Origin: Octopus vulgaris
Taxonomy: Eukaryota
Assembly: GCA_951406725.2 (NCBI GenBank)
Contig: OX597820.1
Coordinates: forward strand, 81,530,001-81,594,000
Direction: 5' to 3'
Length of the DNA: 64,000 bases
The notes below the pieces were generated by a model. The model saw nothing but the letters and a program-made list of their open reading frames with translations, ran no database searches and had not been told where the DNA came from. The position numbers and the translations under genes are program-made. Shown here piece after piece: positions 27,780 to 42,740 of the stretch. Within the stretch, counting starts at the first letter, position 1; each line of letters opens with the position of its first letter.

Positions 27780-28300
27780 TTATGTGGAAAAAATTAAGAC
27801 GGTTTTATCAAACAAGTGGAAGCAGTGGATTAATTACTCGTTACAATTATTAATCAAATTAGACCAACAATTTAGGATTCTAAAGCCGCTACCGCGCACA
27901 AATTACAGCTACCACATCCACCTCTGTGTTGAAGGACACTACCAAAAATTGGCCACTAAATTAAGTAGTCAGTATTTTTTTGCCTGAAGTTCCATATGAA
28001 CTTATCCAGCAAAGTGCTGCACACCTTCCTTTTGTATTTAGAGGAGTCAACATGTTTACGCAAAATTGACCTTGAATTTAGAAGCGGTAGCTTTTATGTA
28101 ATATTGGACTTTATCCGATCACTTATATCACTTATATATAAAATTATTCCTTAGATATAGATCATTTAAAGAGGATTTACCACGGTTTCTATAGTCGCAC
28201 GTACTATGAAGTTTATCCAAGGAAGTTCATTTATTCTTTTAGCTTAATGTCATTACAAAGAAGAGATATAGTATTACTGTTATAACCAATTTTTGTACCG
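27780..28300 (-). mobile_element. Penelope (Neptune-like) GIY-YIG region remnant
   Basis: Minus translation STLLDKFIWNFRQKNTDYLI*WPIFGSVLQHRGGCGSCNLC, preceded by TCDYRNRGKSSLNDLYLRNNLYI (degenerate Cys linker). Confidence 0.65.
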
Positions 28301-28678
28301 GTGAGATATGTATTACTTGCAATAGATCTAGGTCCGTATTTGCTACCTGAATAATTTAAGGTAAATTTGCTATTCCTAATAGCATTCAGTTTCTTACTGT
28401 CAACAGTTGCTATATGGTCTTCTAGATTAGGCGTGCTGGAACACGCAAAATTTGTGATATATTTAATGAATATCTTACGATATAATAAATATCTTACGTT
28501 TAAAAGTGAGCTCGATATAATCGTTTAAAATCTATGGTGCTACCTGTGTAGGTGTTTACTTGGTGTTTCTACAGGACATTTATAAACTACATTTTTTCGC
28601 AGACATAAGCCCCTAAGCGGGCATGAATTAGGTACATCACGTAAACACCAAATACCAAGTAAATACCAAATAACAGGT

Positions 28679-29401
28679 AAACACCAAGCAAAGACCTATA
28701 TAGGTAACACCATAGATTTTAAACGACGATATCGAGCTCACTTTAATTCTTTCACTAAGATAAAATACAAATTTTCGACATCAATTGCCACACACATACA
28801 TGATCTTAACAAAACATACATTATACACTAGCTTGGTCCATAATAAAAGAAGCTCCTCCTTATAATATTAAGATAGGCAAATGCAAGTTATGCTTAAAAG
28901 ACTCATTAATTATTCTCCGTTTACACTGTTTACTCTTGCAAACATAGGTTTTACTCAACATTTATGCATTATGATTCTGGATAGAGTTGAGAACCAGCCT
29001 CCACATCAATTGAAACTTTTCTGAAAAATAAAATAGCACTCTCCTTCTCTTACCTTCTACCTATAGAGCCATCAGTAGCCTTATATTATCATGCATTGTA
29101 TCTCCTGCTGCAACCACTCAAAAACACTTCCACTCCCTGGTCTTTTGCATTTAACTCTATAAAAACATCCAGTAGGTAATTTCCATTAGATAAACGCAGT
29201 ACATGTGAGGCTGTTTAGAAATTTATTATCCCTGATGAAGAAGTTGGTATCTAAAAATGGTTGTAAATAACTTTTTTTATGACTGGACAGCCGGACCCCC
29301 AGAAACGGCCGTAGAATTATTAACTACATTAGTAACACCCAAACTTTTTATCTTATAGTCTTAACTCCTTTTATGACTTCGTTTTATTATCTGTAAGTCG
29401 A

Positions 29402-29403
<2 letters not shown>
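28679..29403 (+). mobile_element. Penelope (Neptune-like) 3' part: GIY-YIG endonuclease remnant, 3' UTR, hammerhead, ends at (TA)n
   Basis: KTYIGNTIDFKRRYRAHFNSF..STSIATHIHDL, frameshift, WSIIKEAPPYNIKIGKCKLCLKD; hammerhead at 29227-29318. Confidence 0.85.
29227..29318 (+). ncRNA. Type I hammerhead in the PLE terminal repeat, long stem II region
   Basis: ATCC-CTGATGA-(~63 nt)-GAAA-CGGCCG-TA-GAAT; palindrome ACGGCCGT; stem I imperfect. Confidence 0.65.
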
Positions 29404-29456
<53 letters not shown>

Positions 29457-30469
29457 TTATTTTCTCGATATATTTTTAACGTTTACATCTATATATTTAT
29501 ATACTTTTATATGTCTTCATGATAGTCGAAACTTTTCATATCCCACCAAACACAGGAATAACTTTCTTTTCAGCAGCTAGTCCTGGTTTGGGTATGGATT
29601 CTTCTTTCTTATTGGGTGTTAACCATTATAATTTTCGTTAGCTGAGAATCCACTTTTTGTCACTTTTGATAATTCAACCCAGGAAAGGTTTGGTAGCAAC
29701 TCTGCTCTTCAGAGGACAATATTTTGATTAAGTAGAGAAGCAACCATATGATGAAAGACTCACTGACCAAATGCAGATACTTTACCTAGTTCATGAAGAT
29801 ATTTTATGACCGAAGTAAGATTTGAATTGAACTGATTTGCTAATTCTCCAACAGTTTGCTTGGGATTTTCCTGAACGACGTCTACAAAAACTCAAAATTG
29901 ACAGTTTAGATGGTAGTCTTTTGTAGATGGCTGATTTGATATTTTAGATAAAAAACGTTTCGAGATCATTTTCAAAAGTCTCAGGGGGGAAAACTTTGGG
30001 TATGTTTCGGAATCTGTTAATTATGAAATTGAGAACTTTTAAATGTTAGAATTTTGTTATGTAGGTTACTAATATGCGAGTTTGAGAAACGCAGTGTTGG
30101 GATTTGACAGTACACACGAACCCATTCCAACTGCTTTAACTCTCTTGCATGTCAGAGGTTAGAATGTCCATCTATGACAATTATTCAACTATTTATGCTG
30201 TAGCAAAGTTAAACATGTAAATTGATAAGAAATACAAGAAAAATACATGTACTTAAGTTGAAATGGAAATACTGGCAGGTGTTCTAGAAATTTAAGTTAA
30301 AGTTGGTTCGGAGCAAACAATAATATTCTGTATACTTCTGTAACCAACAAATTTACCTTCTCGGCACAGAAAGGTAAACATAAAAGTTTCAAAGACATTA
30401 ATACTGAAGTAAATTATACATATATAAATGATAGAATAAAAAATTTAGCGCTACCATATCCATATCTTA

Positions 30470-31400
30470 TAATCAAGGGTTAAATTATGATTTTTGTAAG
30501 CTACCACCGTACTGAACCCACCAAACAAAACTTTAAAATTATTAAATTGTAGACAAAATCATTTACAAAGTTAACTTCCTGTACACCCCCTTCGAATTAT
30601 GCTAATTCTATGATCAATTGGCTCAAATCAATATCAGCCAAAGTAGAATGTAACTCCACCAAATTCAATATCAACGATTACTACTTCGTATGCACTCACT
30701 CTTGTAAAAGACAGTATAGCCATCACAACTTTTGACATTGACAATAATTTACACTCAAAGAATTCCCTTTTATTAATTGAAAATCGACATGGATAAACAT
30801 AAACGGGATGTTCTTTTCTATGTCAGTAAAGGAATGAAAAGTTCAACCCAGATTGGTAACATCGTAAGTTCATTTATATTGAACTGCCCATATTTGCAAG
30901 CTTTCGTATGCTCTTGGAAACCTCAATAGGAATTATGGCTTTCTAATCCTTTGTGACTTCACTCTCCGCAAACTTTTAGATATGAGCTTATACATTCACA
31001 TATGTTTTTCATCACTACAAAATGCGGCAAAAATACCATACATTTCATGAATAAATAAAAACATTAAATTCCTGCAAAGCAGAACATGGCATGTCAATTG
31101 ATTCAAACTATTGCATCGCCAACCAATTTCCATAACTGTAGCTAAATTGTCCCTAAAAAGGTTATAAAGCCTTTGGAAAGCTTCCACGTAAGTTCCGCAA
31201 ATTCTTAAAATGTATTCACTACATGTTTCCACGTAAGTTCCGCAAATTCTTAAAATGTATTCACTACATGTTTCTTCGTCAACAACCTCGAAACTCATAA
31301 AAAGTTTTCCCCAACACAAAACGTATCAAACTTGATAATTCTTCTTCAAACCATGTACCTACATCCAACCCAATGACAGCCCACTCAACAGTAAATGAAA
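30470..31400 (+). mobile_element. Degenerate Penelope (Neptune-like) reverse transcriptase
   Basis: INWLKSISAKVECNSTKFNINDYY, LFYVSKGMKSSTQIGNIVSSFILN and YIQPNDSPL resemble PLE RT motifs (W.K.I..K....FDI..FY; FDVTMG....A.I.ELVG..IL; Y.KPN..P); contains a ~45-bp tandem duplication at 31182-31272. Confidence 0.65.
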
Positions 31401-31900
31401 TTCTTCATTCTTATCCTCAATCTTTTTAGTTTTATAAAAGAAAATCTGCGTGTGTGCATACACACACACACACGGACGCACACACACTCAAAAGCACGCA
31501 AACACGTGACTGCGTGTGAAGGTACGTGGCCTTGTAGTGCAAATACTGGCCTTACGATCATAGGGTGGTAGTTTCGATTTCTGGACTGTGCAGCGCATTA
31601 TGCTCTTCGGCGGGGTATATTTCAAGTTGTTCCTGTGTATATGTAGCCCTCTCAACCTCCAGCTTTCACATTTTGAATGTTGGGTCAATCAATGGTGGGA
31701 TGGACGGGAGTGTGCATGTATCTACTGGCGACTTCACAGCGACCTAAAACAAAGAAAACATGGTGATTACCACCAAATAATAATTACTCGCGTGTTGCAG
31801 CTATAGATATGTTTGCGTAGAAATATTTATAAACTATAATACCTGAATGTGAGAAATGCAACTGAGTTCACGCCATGATAGATCACTCGCTTTCTCTCTC

Positions 31901-31971
<71 letters not shown>

Positions 31972-32039
31972 TTGTTGAAATAGAAAGATGAATTTTCTTT
32001 CAGATTATTCAAAGGTTTAACCGATACCTGGGTAGCAAA

Positions 32040-32124
<85 letters not shown>

Positions 32125-32195
32125 GAAGTGAAATTGACACTGATATATATATATATATATATATACACAAAAAGAGAAAAAAACAACTTTCATCA

Positions 32196-33557
<1,362 letters not shown>

Positions 33558-34661
33558 GATCTACTCGATCAGAATTGACCCGGATTAAACAACAATAGCA
33601 ACAACAGTCACATCTAAGCTCAGCAACTTGTTATACTAAATAAATTATAACAAAATTTCGACATAGCTCTAATTTCTAACGGGTGAATTGTAACAGTCAA
33701 CTGAAAGGTCATACCGAATTTTGGTTACGTAGATAAATCTTGTCGATTTTAATGTGAATCAGTAAACGTGTACATCTTGAGTCTATGTAGATCATAATTT
33801 CATTAACTGACACATTACATACAACCAGGGTCAACTGACACGTTAGTCTAACTGACACATTACATACAACCAGAGTCAACCAACCAGCCTCTATGATATA
33901 TATGTAGCCAACATTTGTAGCTCTTGCAGATTCAACGTTTATAAATATATTTAGTTTTCTCCACTTCGTGCTTGTATATATTTGACATCTATATCTTCAG
34001 CTTACACCATCTAAAGAATATGCCTAATTAGCCAAAATGTACTCTTTCTTTAATTCATTTCGTAATGAGGTTCATGGAAACACAACATATTTCTAAAGAA
34101 ATACGACACTCCTGTTGGTCTATTTGATAAGCGAGGAAAAAAAGAGAAGAAATCAAGCAAATATTTGCCATTTCTCAGGCTTAATTTAGCGTTCACCATT
34201 GGATATTTTCTCTTCAGTATCAAAGAAAGAAAATGAGAAGAAAGAAACTAAATCAACTAAAAGGCAACAAAACAAATTGATAAAATAAAACAATAAATAA
34301 ACAATGAGTTGAAATTGTATGGTGAGATAATAAGATGCTGTTCGTTTACTGTTATATAATATAACAAGAGCAAGAACAACTATAACATCAGTAACAATAT
34401 CAACAACACCAGCAATGATATGCCAATAACTACAACAACTGCAATAACAATAATAACGGTAACAATAATAACAAGAGCAATACACAATAACTTCAAATGA
34501 CAATAATACTCATAATTTCTAAGATAAGAGGCAGAAAGCCAAATATTTGTGTGGAGGATTACGTCGGGACCACAACTTAATTTGGCTTTTAATGAAAGAT
34601 AAAGTTGATCGCGGCAGAATTTGAACTGAGACCGGAAAAGAACATTTATTTCTCTATTGCC

Positions 34662-34876
34662 TTTAGGGGCTAAACATAGAGGGACAAACAAGGACAGACA
34701 AACGGATTAAGTCGATTACATCGGCCCCAGTGCGTAACTGGTACTTATTTAATCGACCACGAAAGGATGAAAGGTAAAGTCGACCTCGGCGGAATTTGAA
34801 CTCAGAACGTAGCGGCAAACGAAATACCGCTAAGCATTTCGCCAGGCGTGCCAACGATTCTGCCAGTTCGCCGACC
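34662..34876 (-). mobile_element. tRNA-derived SINE
   Basis: Minus strand GGCGAACTGGCAGAATCG...GAGTTCAAATTCCGCCGAGGTCGAC...TAAGTACCAGT...TGTTTAGCCCCT. Confidence 0.75.
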
Positions 34877-34966
34877 TCGGAAAAGAACATTACATACAAG
34901 ATGATTTATCTGGTGCTCGACTCATTCTACCATCTGCATTCTTTGTGTAATCTATAACTATAAATA

Positions 34967-35007
<41 letters not shown>

Positions 35008-36391
35008 TATGTTCGTTATGCATTCCAAAACCGAGTGGTGTCAAAAGATTCAGTAAGCTTTTGGCAACCAGCTAAACTATATTTTCATTTACATATTTGC
35101 ATTACAAAAATTTAACATTGTTACTTATCTTTTAGTCACCTATCGACATTTTATATCACCACCACAATGACGATGACGTCACATCTTCTATGTACGTGTG
35201 TTCGCATGTTCGTTACCTGTGTTAGGCCGATGACCGACAAGTATGTGTATGGCGGTGTATGTGTCTGTCAGTATACATACATTTTTGTGATGACTGACAC
35301 ACGGACACATACGCACACGCGCGCATCTAAAGACAGACAGACACACAGAGGGGCAGAGATAGGCTTCACGTGTGCGTTAATGTACGTGCGTATGTCTCTT
35401 AGTTTATGCATGTAACTTCCCCTCCTCCCAACAGTGAAACGCGTGGATATTGAAACTTTACTTGCAGCTTGGACTTCAAACAAACAATAACGTTCACTTT
35501 GAAGTACTACCAACATGAAGATTTGCCTGATTTAACACTACTCGCAATACTCGCAATACTCGCAAATATACCTGAAAAAAAATATTACTCTGATTATTAT
35601 AACAAACTCGGAAACTTGGCGAAGTCGAAAGCTTCAGCGGCTCTTTCAATATAATTACAGAAATATTATTTGACTCCTTCTAACCAGTTTCAAGATAATG
35701 TTTTTGTAACAGTTCTTGTATTCTTCCTCATTGTGGGTATCAACGTCGCACAACCATTTTACTGTGTTATTCAGTATTTACTCTACAGCCTATAACGTTA
35801 CAGTTCAATAACGTAACAGTTCAAAAACAGCCCTTTCCTTTTTATTCACTTTGTTCAGCATTCTGAACTGTAAAATAAATTATTTTTTAATGTAAAACTG
35901 AATTATGTCTTCTGAATTTTCTTGGCCTTTCACTTTTTTGACAATTTTATTTTATTTACCTAAGATTGCCGAAACTATGCATAGTCCAGGAAAGATAGGG
36001 TAAATATTTTTAATTTTCATTCCCTTTCAGAATTGCAACTATTAGTGGCTTGGAGTTTTAACTGCTCTTTCTAGTGAGTCAGATGTCCCATTATGGTAAT
36101 CTCTTATGTGTTTAAATGTACACTGTATTTTTCTATGAATAATATATAGTCTATTGACTAATTTTCCCCTTCTCGCTAGACCACTGGTAGTAAAGAATTT
36201 TTCTATAATTTTTTTGCTACCCCAAGATTTATTAATTAATGATAAAAGGCTTTTGGCTAATTTTGAAAGAAAATCGGCAATTATATTTACTGCCGGAATA
36301 TCCGCGCGTGCGCGGAGGATTTCGAAAAATTATAACACATAAACATGAAGCATATTCTTTATCGCCTCGTGTCTATATGTGAGCCTTGGCC

Positions 36392-36477
36392 TCCTGCTGA
36401 AGAGGCAACGCCAGTTGTAAATTAAAATTATTTCATTTTATTTACCTAAGATTGCCGAAACTATGCATAGTCCAGGA
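36392..36477 (+). ncRNA. Canonical type I hammerhead ribozyme, predicted cleavage after C36472 (GUC)
   Basis: TCCTG-CTGAAGA-GGCAA-(43 nt)-TTGCC-GAAA-CTATGCATAG-TC-CAGGA: perfect stems I and II, stem III is the palindrome ACTATGCATAGT. Confidence 0.9.
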
Positions 36478-36647
36478 AAGATAGGGTAAATGTTTTTATT
36501 TTTCATTCCCTTTCAGAATTGCAACTATTAGTGGCTTGGAGTTTTAACTGCTCTTTCTAGTGAGTCAGATGTCCTATTATGCTCATCTCTTATGTGTTTA
36601 AATGTACATTGTATTTTTATCATGTATATGCATATATAAATGCACAA

Positions 36648-36912
36648 GTTCGGGCAAGGTTATTTATGGAAGACCAGCAGTCACCCATGCATATCGGCCT
36701 CCACTCTCCACGCCACCAGTGTTATCGAAGGAAAAAGCAACGGCCGATACAGCTTAGCACATGTGACGTCGTAACTCATTTCTACAGCTGAGTGAACTGG
36801 AGTAACAAAGTGTCCTGCTCAAGAGCACAACACGCAGCCCGGTACGGGACTCGAACTCACAAACTCACGATCGGAAGCTCGATGTTCTAATCACTGAACC
36901 ATGGGCCTTCAC
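36648..36912 (-). mobile_element. tRNA-derived SINE
   Basis: Minus strand GTGAAGGCCCATGGTTCAGTGATTAG...GAGTTCGAGTCCCG...GTGTTGTGCTCTTGAGCAGGACAC. Confidence 0.7.
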
Positions 36913-37117
36913 AAACACACACACATATATATATACATATATATATATATATGTATATATGTATATATTTATATATATATGCATATACATATACATATAT
37001 ATATATATGCTTATATATATACATATATATATACATATATATATACACATATACATATATATACATATACATATATATACATATATATATATATGCATAT
37101 ACATATATATATATATA

Positions 37118-37173
<56 letters not shown>

Positions 37174-37877
37174 AAGATTATTTACCTAAGATTGCCGAAA
37201 CTATGCATAGTCCAGGAAAGATAGGGTAAATGTTTTTATTTTTCATTCCCTTTCAGAATTGCAACTATTAGTGGCTTGGAGTTTTAACTGCTCTTTCTAG
37301 TGAGTCAGATGTCCTATTATGCTCATCTCTTAATACACATATACACATATACACATATATATATGTATATACATATATTTCGTTTTTGAATTTGGTTTGC
37401 AAGATTCTTTATATGAGTTCGTGTGTTGAAGCATATTGTATCTGGAGTGAGTCATTTTCTCTTTGAGTCTTATAATGTAACACACTCACCGGTAAAATTT
37501 CTACTTATTTCTTAATTTTATTTTCCTGAAATTATCGTTGCGTCTTGCATCCTTTTCAATAGTCTTGACTCTGCCCGTTATTTACACTGCGTTCCCTTTT
37601 GTTTGTTTGTGCGCATGTGTGGGGGGTCAGTGTATGTGTGCTTATGCATGCATACATGTACGTATGTATGTGTGTATGTATGTTTGCATGTGTATGTATG
37701 TATATATGTGTGTGTATGCATATGTATATATGTATATATATGTGTGTGCATCTATGCAACTATGTACCATGTTTGTATGTATGGATGTGCATCTCTATAT
37801 GTGTAGATCCATGTCTCCATATGTGTCCTTGTGTGGAGTAAAGTGTCTGTATATATAATATATGCGTATATATATAC

Positions 37878-37963
<86 letters not shown>

Positions 37964-37984
37964 TACATATATAACATGGGTGCT

Positions 37985-38259
37985 TCGTTCAACATCATTA
38001 AACAATCCTTATTCATGGGCCTTTTGAGCGGGATGAGTTACCCGATCTGAAGAAAATTCCAACTGGGCCTCATCTGCAAGTCCATGTGCTGTTTGTTTTT
38101 TTTTTATATGAGATGACCATGTTGCGCACATATGGTTGTGATGCATGTGCCTAGTCTACCTTTATCTGACAGGTAGTCATGATGGTTTTACTGGGCTTTG
38201 TATATTTTACCCCAGTGTCACTTTAACGGCATGCACTGCTCTTTCACCCAATAATAATG

Positions 38260-38326
<67 letters not shown>

Positions 38327-38335
38327 TAATAAAAA
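37985..38335 (+). mobile_element. SINE-like family with (AAT)n tail, copy 2 of 3
   Basis: Homologous to 13515-13775 and 62727-63040. Confidence 0.85.
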
Positions 38336-38444
38336 TTATGATAATGAACTTGTGTTAAATAGCTTCATTCTCTCGCTAGTTGATCTTCCTTTTATTTTCC
38401 TATTATCTATTTGTTTCTGTCTTTTTTCCTCTCCCCCCTCTCTC

Positions 38445-38489
<45 letters not shown>

Positions 38490-38689
38490 TTCATATATAT
38501 CAGAGACACCCGGCGTTTCTCGGGATTAAAATGGCATAGTTTGTATATAATATTACAGTTATGTTGAAACAGGTGATATGGGAATGTGCAGCACTGACAA
38601 GAAAACATTTGTGGAGTAAATAATGAGCTAATTCGACTAAGCAACATGCAATTCGTCTGTTTGAAGTATTTCATTCCCTAACCTGTGGG

Positions 38690-39515
38690 AGTTATGTGAT
38701 TTCTGCTATCAGGGGTCTACCACTTCCTCCGCTACTTCACTTGATGATGAGATTAACGTCAGGATAGGGAAGGCAGCAACAATTTTTGGAAGACTGACAA
38801 AACGAGTATGGAAGAACAAGAGATTAGACATCAAGACAAAGATCAGAATTTATGAAGCATGTGTTCTAAGCACACTCTATGGATCTGAAACATGGACCTT
38901 GTACAGCAGACGGGAAAGGTGTCTCGGCATTTTCCATCTCAGATGCCTTTGCAAGATTTTAGTTATAACATGGCGCGACAAGGTCACCAATGTTGAAGTG
39001 CTGGCCCAGGCGAATCTTCAAAGCATGACAGCTATCTTGTGTATGGCTATCTGAGGTGGCTGGGGCATGTCAAGAGAATACTTGACCATCGAATCCCGAA
39101 GCAACTGCTCTATGGAGAAGTGGCCCAGGGCAAGTGACCAAGAGGAAGACCAAAACTGAGGTATAAGGACTCTTGAAAAACTAGTTTGTCCAAGTGTGAG
39201 ATGGATGTCGGCACCTGGGAAGAGAGGGCTGAGGACAGAACAACGTGGAGGACTGTAGTGATGGAAGGAACTGATTCACTAGAGAGCAGCTATAGAAACA
39301 AACAAGTTGAGAGGCGTCACCGGCAAAAAAAGGAAAACAACAGAAATGCAGAGCCGAGCCACCCTCTTGGTATGCAAGCACTGTGACAGAAGCTGCGCTG
39401 CAATCATAGGAAGAATCAGCTATGAAAGAAGCTGCAAGAAAAGGAGACCCTGATATGCTCGATTAAGTGACCTCTAAGCTAAATTGACCGTCTGCATAGA
39501 CGAAAGGGCCAATTA
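38690..39515 (+). mobile_element. RTE/BovB-like LINE 3' remnant
   Basis: EINVRIGKAATIFGRL..RVW, YGSETWT, FHLRCL..IL.ITWRDKVTNVEVL, LRWLGHV, RIPKQLLYGE, RGRPKLRYKD. Confidence 0.9.
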
Positions 39516-39529
39516 TTACTTAAAAACCA

Positions 39530-40730
39530 GAAAAAAAAGAAGCTTTGCATTCGATTTCCAAAGATTGTTGCAGAAAATAGTAATAATGAACCATGGCTGC
39601 GGTTCTAGAAAGGATGGCTGAAAAGGGAGACAGAAAATTTGTTCGTAACAGGACAAGGTCAGACACTGAGAACTAGTTAGATAAAAGGCAAGACAGACAA
39701 AAATCAGGTAGATTTCAAATGTAAGTTATGTAAATCAATGGAGGAAAGCGTTACTTATATAGTTAGTGAACGTAGCATGCTGGCACAGAAAAAATACAAA
39801 AGACTTGACAACTAAGGGACAATAATCCATTGGGAGTTATGTAAGCAGCTAAGATTTGACTATAGTGATAAACGGTATGAATATGAACTTAGTAAAGTAC
39901 TAGAAAGTAAGAAATATAAAATGTGCGATTTTAACATTCAGACTGACAGGGAAGCTAGAAGCCAGAAGGCCTTGTAGACAAAGAGAATAGAAAGTCCCAA
40001 ATGATGAGAAAGTCAATTATGAGAGGTATAGAGAAAATAGCAAAGTACCAGAACCTAACCACTGAGTTATAACAGGCCATGGAATAGGCGAGAAAAATGT
40101 ATCCCTGTAGTTATAAGTGCTTTAGGAACTATACCTAAAGATTTGAACAGATGGATAAAAGAAATGGCATAATACCTAACTTAGTGCAGCTCCATAAAAC
40201 AGTGTTATTAGGGACTGCAAGGATACTTAGCAAGGTTCTAGGCCTCTAAGGTTATTTATTGTAGCCTGATGTTAGAAATTTCGTCAGTAGAGTATAAATC
40301 AAGACATGAGAGTTGGTCAATATCTAGGTTGGTTAATATGTCGGCGTTATAAAACTGTCTATAAATAGTATAATCATCACCCTTTGGCTGTAACTGAGGG
40401 AGAAAATGTAACAATTCTTAGAGACTTGCCAGTACATACAGACTGAACCATTAAAGCTAAAAAAATGGATGAGTATTCCTTGTGATCATAAAATTTCGGC
40501 AAAAACATTTGACAAGCTCAGAAAATGTAAATTTTCAATTTGAAATTGAAAAAAATGTGACATGTCAAGGCGGTTACAATACCAGTGATTGTAGGAACAC
40601 TAAGAATGATCAAAAAAAGAACAGAAAATTATTTGAGAAAGATGCCTGACTTAGCATCCCTACAAGAAGTGCAAAAAATTGTTTGAAGTGGTGCGTCACG
40701 CGTATTGAGAAGAACTGTTTCGATGTGTGA
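39530..40730 (+). mobile_element. Degenerate R4/Dong-like 3' fragments (two)
   Basis: HWELCKQL, DFNIQTD, IPVVISALGTIP, LLGTARIL; second piece nearly matches the 21414 element C-terminus (PSLQEVQKIV..SRVLRR). Confidence 0.75.
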
Positions 40731-41997
40731 GCGATTACTATTCAAGTAATAGATAACGGATGCAAAGTAGGCGTTCACCACACCCACCTCTGCCTTTATC
40801 CTTAGTTTCCTCTCGGCCCATTTCTTGACCATCTTTTCCTAGTTCTGGACTAAACCAAAATCCGAAGCAATTTAACCGGTCCGCCTGTTTGTCCGTCTGT
40901 CAATCACTCCACGGCTTTACTGTATGGCATGGACATCCCTCTCCAGGTGTTGAGCAGCCGGTTCACTGATTTCGCCGGGGTAATAATTTTACCTCCTATT
41001 ATCGCCAATATCGCTGTTTATTGCAGCGACCCAGTTTCTAAACACAGGCCCAGAATCAGCCTCTTTCATGATAGCCACCAGGTATTCATGGTCACCTATA
41101 TGACAAGCTTTCGATTGATCTAAATTGATCAAGGTGCCATGCATGCCGGGTTCTGTGCCCACTCTTTCTTTGAAATGGATGTTGTCGCGGATAAATTTAT
41201 TGGATATTCAACTCTACATTTAGCAGAGTTACAAGCCTAAAGTTGTTAATAATTTTCCCTTCCTGGGATTCTTTCTCAGAATCAGAACTACCTATTTTTG
41301 CAGAATTGGGAATTCTTCCGTCCTGCTGCTAGTTGCAGTAGATATCTGCTAGGATGTTCCCGCAACAAACCTGGTATATGGCAATTCTAGGTTAGTAACT
41401 AGCTTTCCATCTACTCTAGAATTCACTATGATGACTTAACTAAATCTTATCGGACTCTAATCTAATAGCCCTATTTAAGGCTAATCACTAACAGTTTTTG
41501 CCGACTTCCCTCGCAAACAATCATGGCTTTCGATTGGCGGGAGCACAAAGCATTTAAAATTGAATATCTGAAAAAATGTCTTCCTCAATTTTTGAGAGAT
41601 AGAAACTGAAGTGCACTTCGCTACAAATCTTTCTTCAACCCATTGAGTCCCTTCACCTGCTCCAAGCCAATATTGTAGTTGATGTGCGTTTGTGTCGACT
41701 ATCATTGGCCAGGACAAACAGCTTGGATATTACTTCCCACCAACTCAGTCGGCTACTTTAATTACGTAAGATATCCGGTAGGTCTCCAAGGAACGAAATT
41801 CTACGCTTTAGAATTTCAAAAGAAATAGGAAGTCTGCTTGTTTATATGAAGCAAATATTTAAACCTATTCTCCCTCACTCATATATGCGTATGTATTTGT
41901 ATGTGCGTGTTTGTATACGCACACGCACACGCACACACACTCACACATACACATATATATACACATACATACATACACATATCTATCTTATATATAT

Positions 41998-42028
<31 letters not shown>

Positions 42029-42319
42029 AATACATTCACAAACACAATATATATGTATATACAAGCAAGCACACATATGTATGTATACATAAATACATCA
42101 ATTGAACATGTGTGTCTTCGTGTGTACATATTTCACAAACACCCATGCATGCACAGACTCTCGTATTTTTCTGTGTGTATGTATGTGTGCATACTGAATC
42201 CTACTTCACAATTTTCTATAAAATTGTTTGGGATTAAATCAATTTCAAATTCAAACTGAGTCTGGTGTACATCTAAATTATTCTGGCTTTATTGTGTTCT
42301 GTTTGTTTTGAGCAGTTCC

Positions 42320-42740
42320 AAACAGAATGTTGTTGAAAACTGCAAGTACTGAAGTGGTTGAGTGAACAGTTCGGAAGCAGATATCACGGTCCGAAAGGCT
42401 CAAGCATGGACCGACTGTCACAAACTAATTAAGGTGTGGTATTCCAAATTGCACAGGCGAATCAAAATCAAGTTGTTCATTGCATCTGTCGAATCAGTGC
42501 TAATATATGGCAGTGAAACATGGACACTGACAAAGAAATTATCAAACGGGTTAAATGGATGCTACACAAGGACGCAACAAATCATTCTAAATATGAAATA
42601 CCAGCAACATATGACGAACGAATGCCTCTATGGAAACCTACCAAAATTTAGCGAGAACATCAGGTAAAGGCAGCTGCGACTATCTAGTCACTGCATGCGT
42701 TACTCTGAACTGGAAGCATTCAAAGTACACTTGTGGAAAG
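42320..42740 (+). mobile_element. RTE-like LINE fragment
   Basis: DITVRKAQAW..KVW..KIKLFIASVESVLIYGSETWTLTK...GCYTR. Confidence 0.8.

Larger units (their letters stand above)
35946..37331 (+). repeat. Three near-identical copies (~150-190 bp) of a hammerhead-containing unit: 35946-36140, 36435-36620, 37180-37331
   Basis: TATTTACCTAAGATTGCCGAAACTATGCATAGTCCAGGAAAGATAGGG...GAGTCAGATGTCC repeated three times. Confidence 0.92.
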
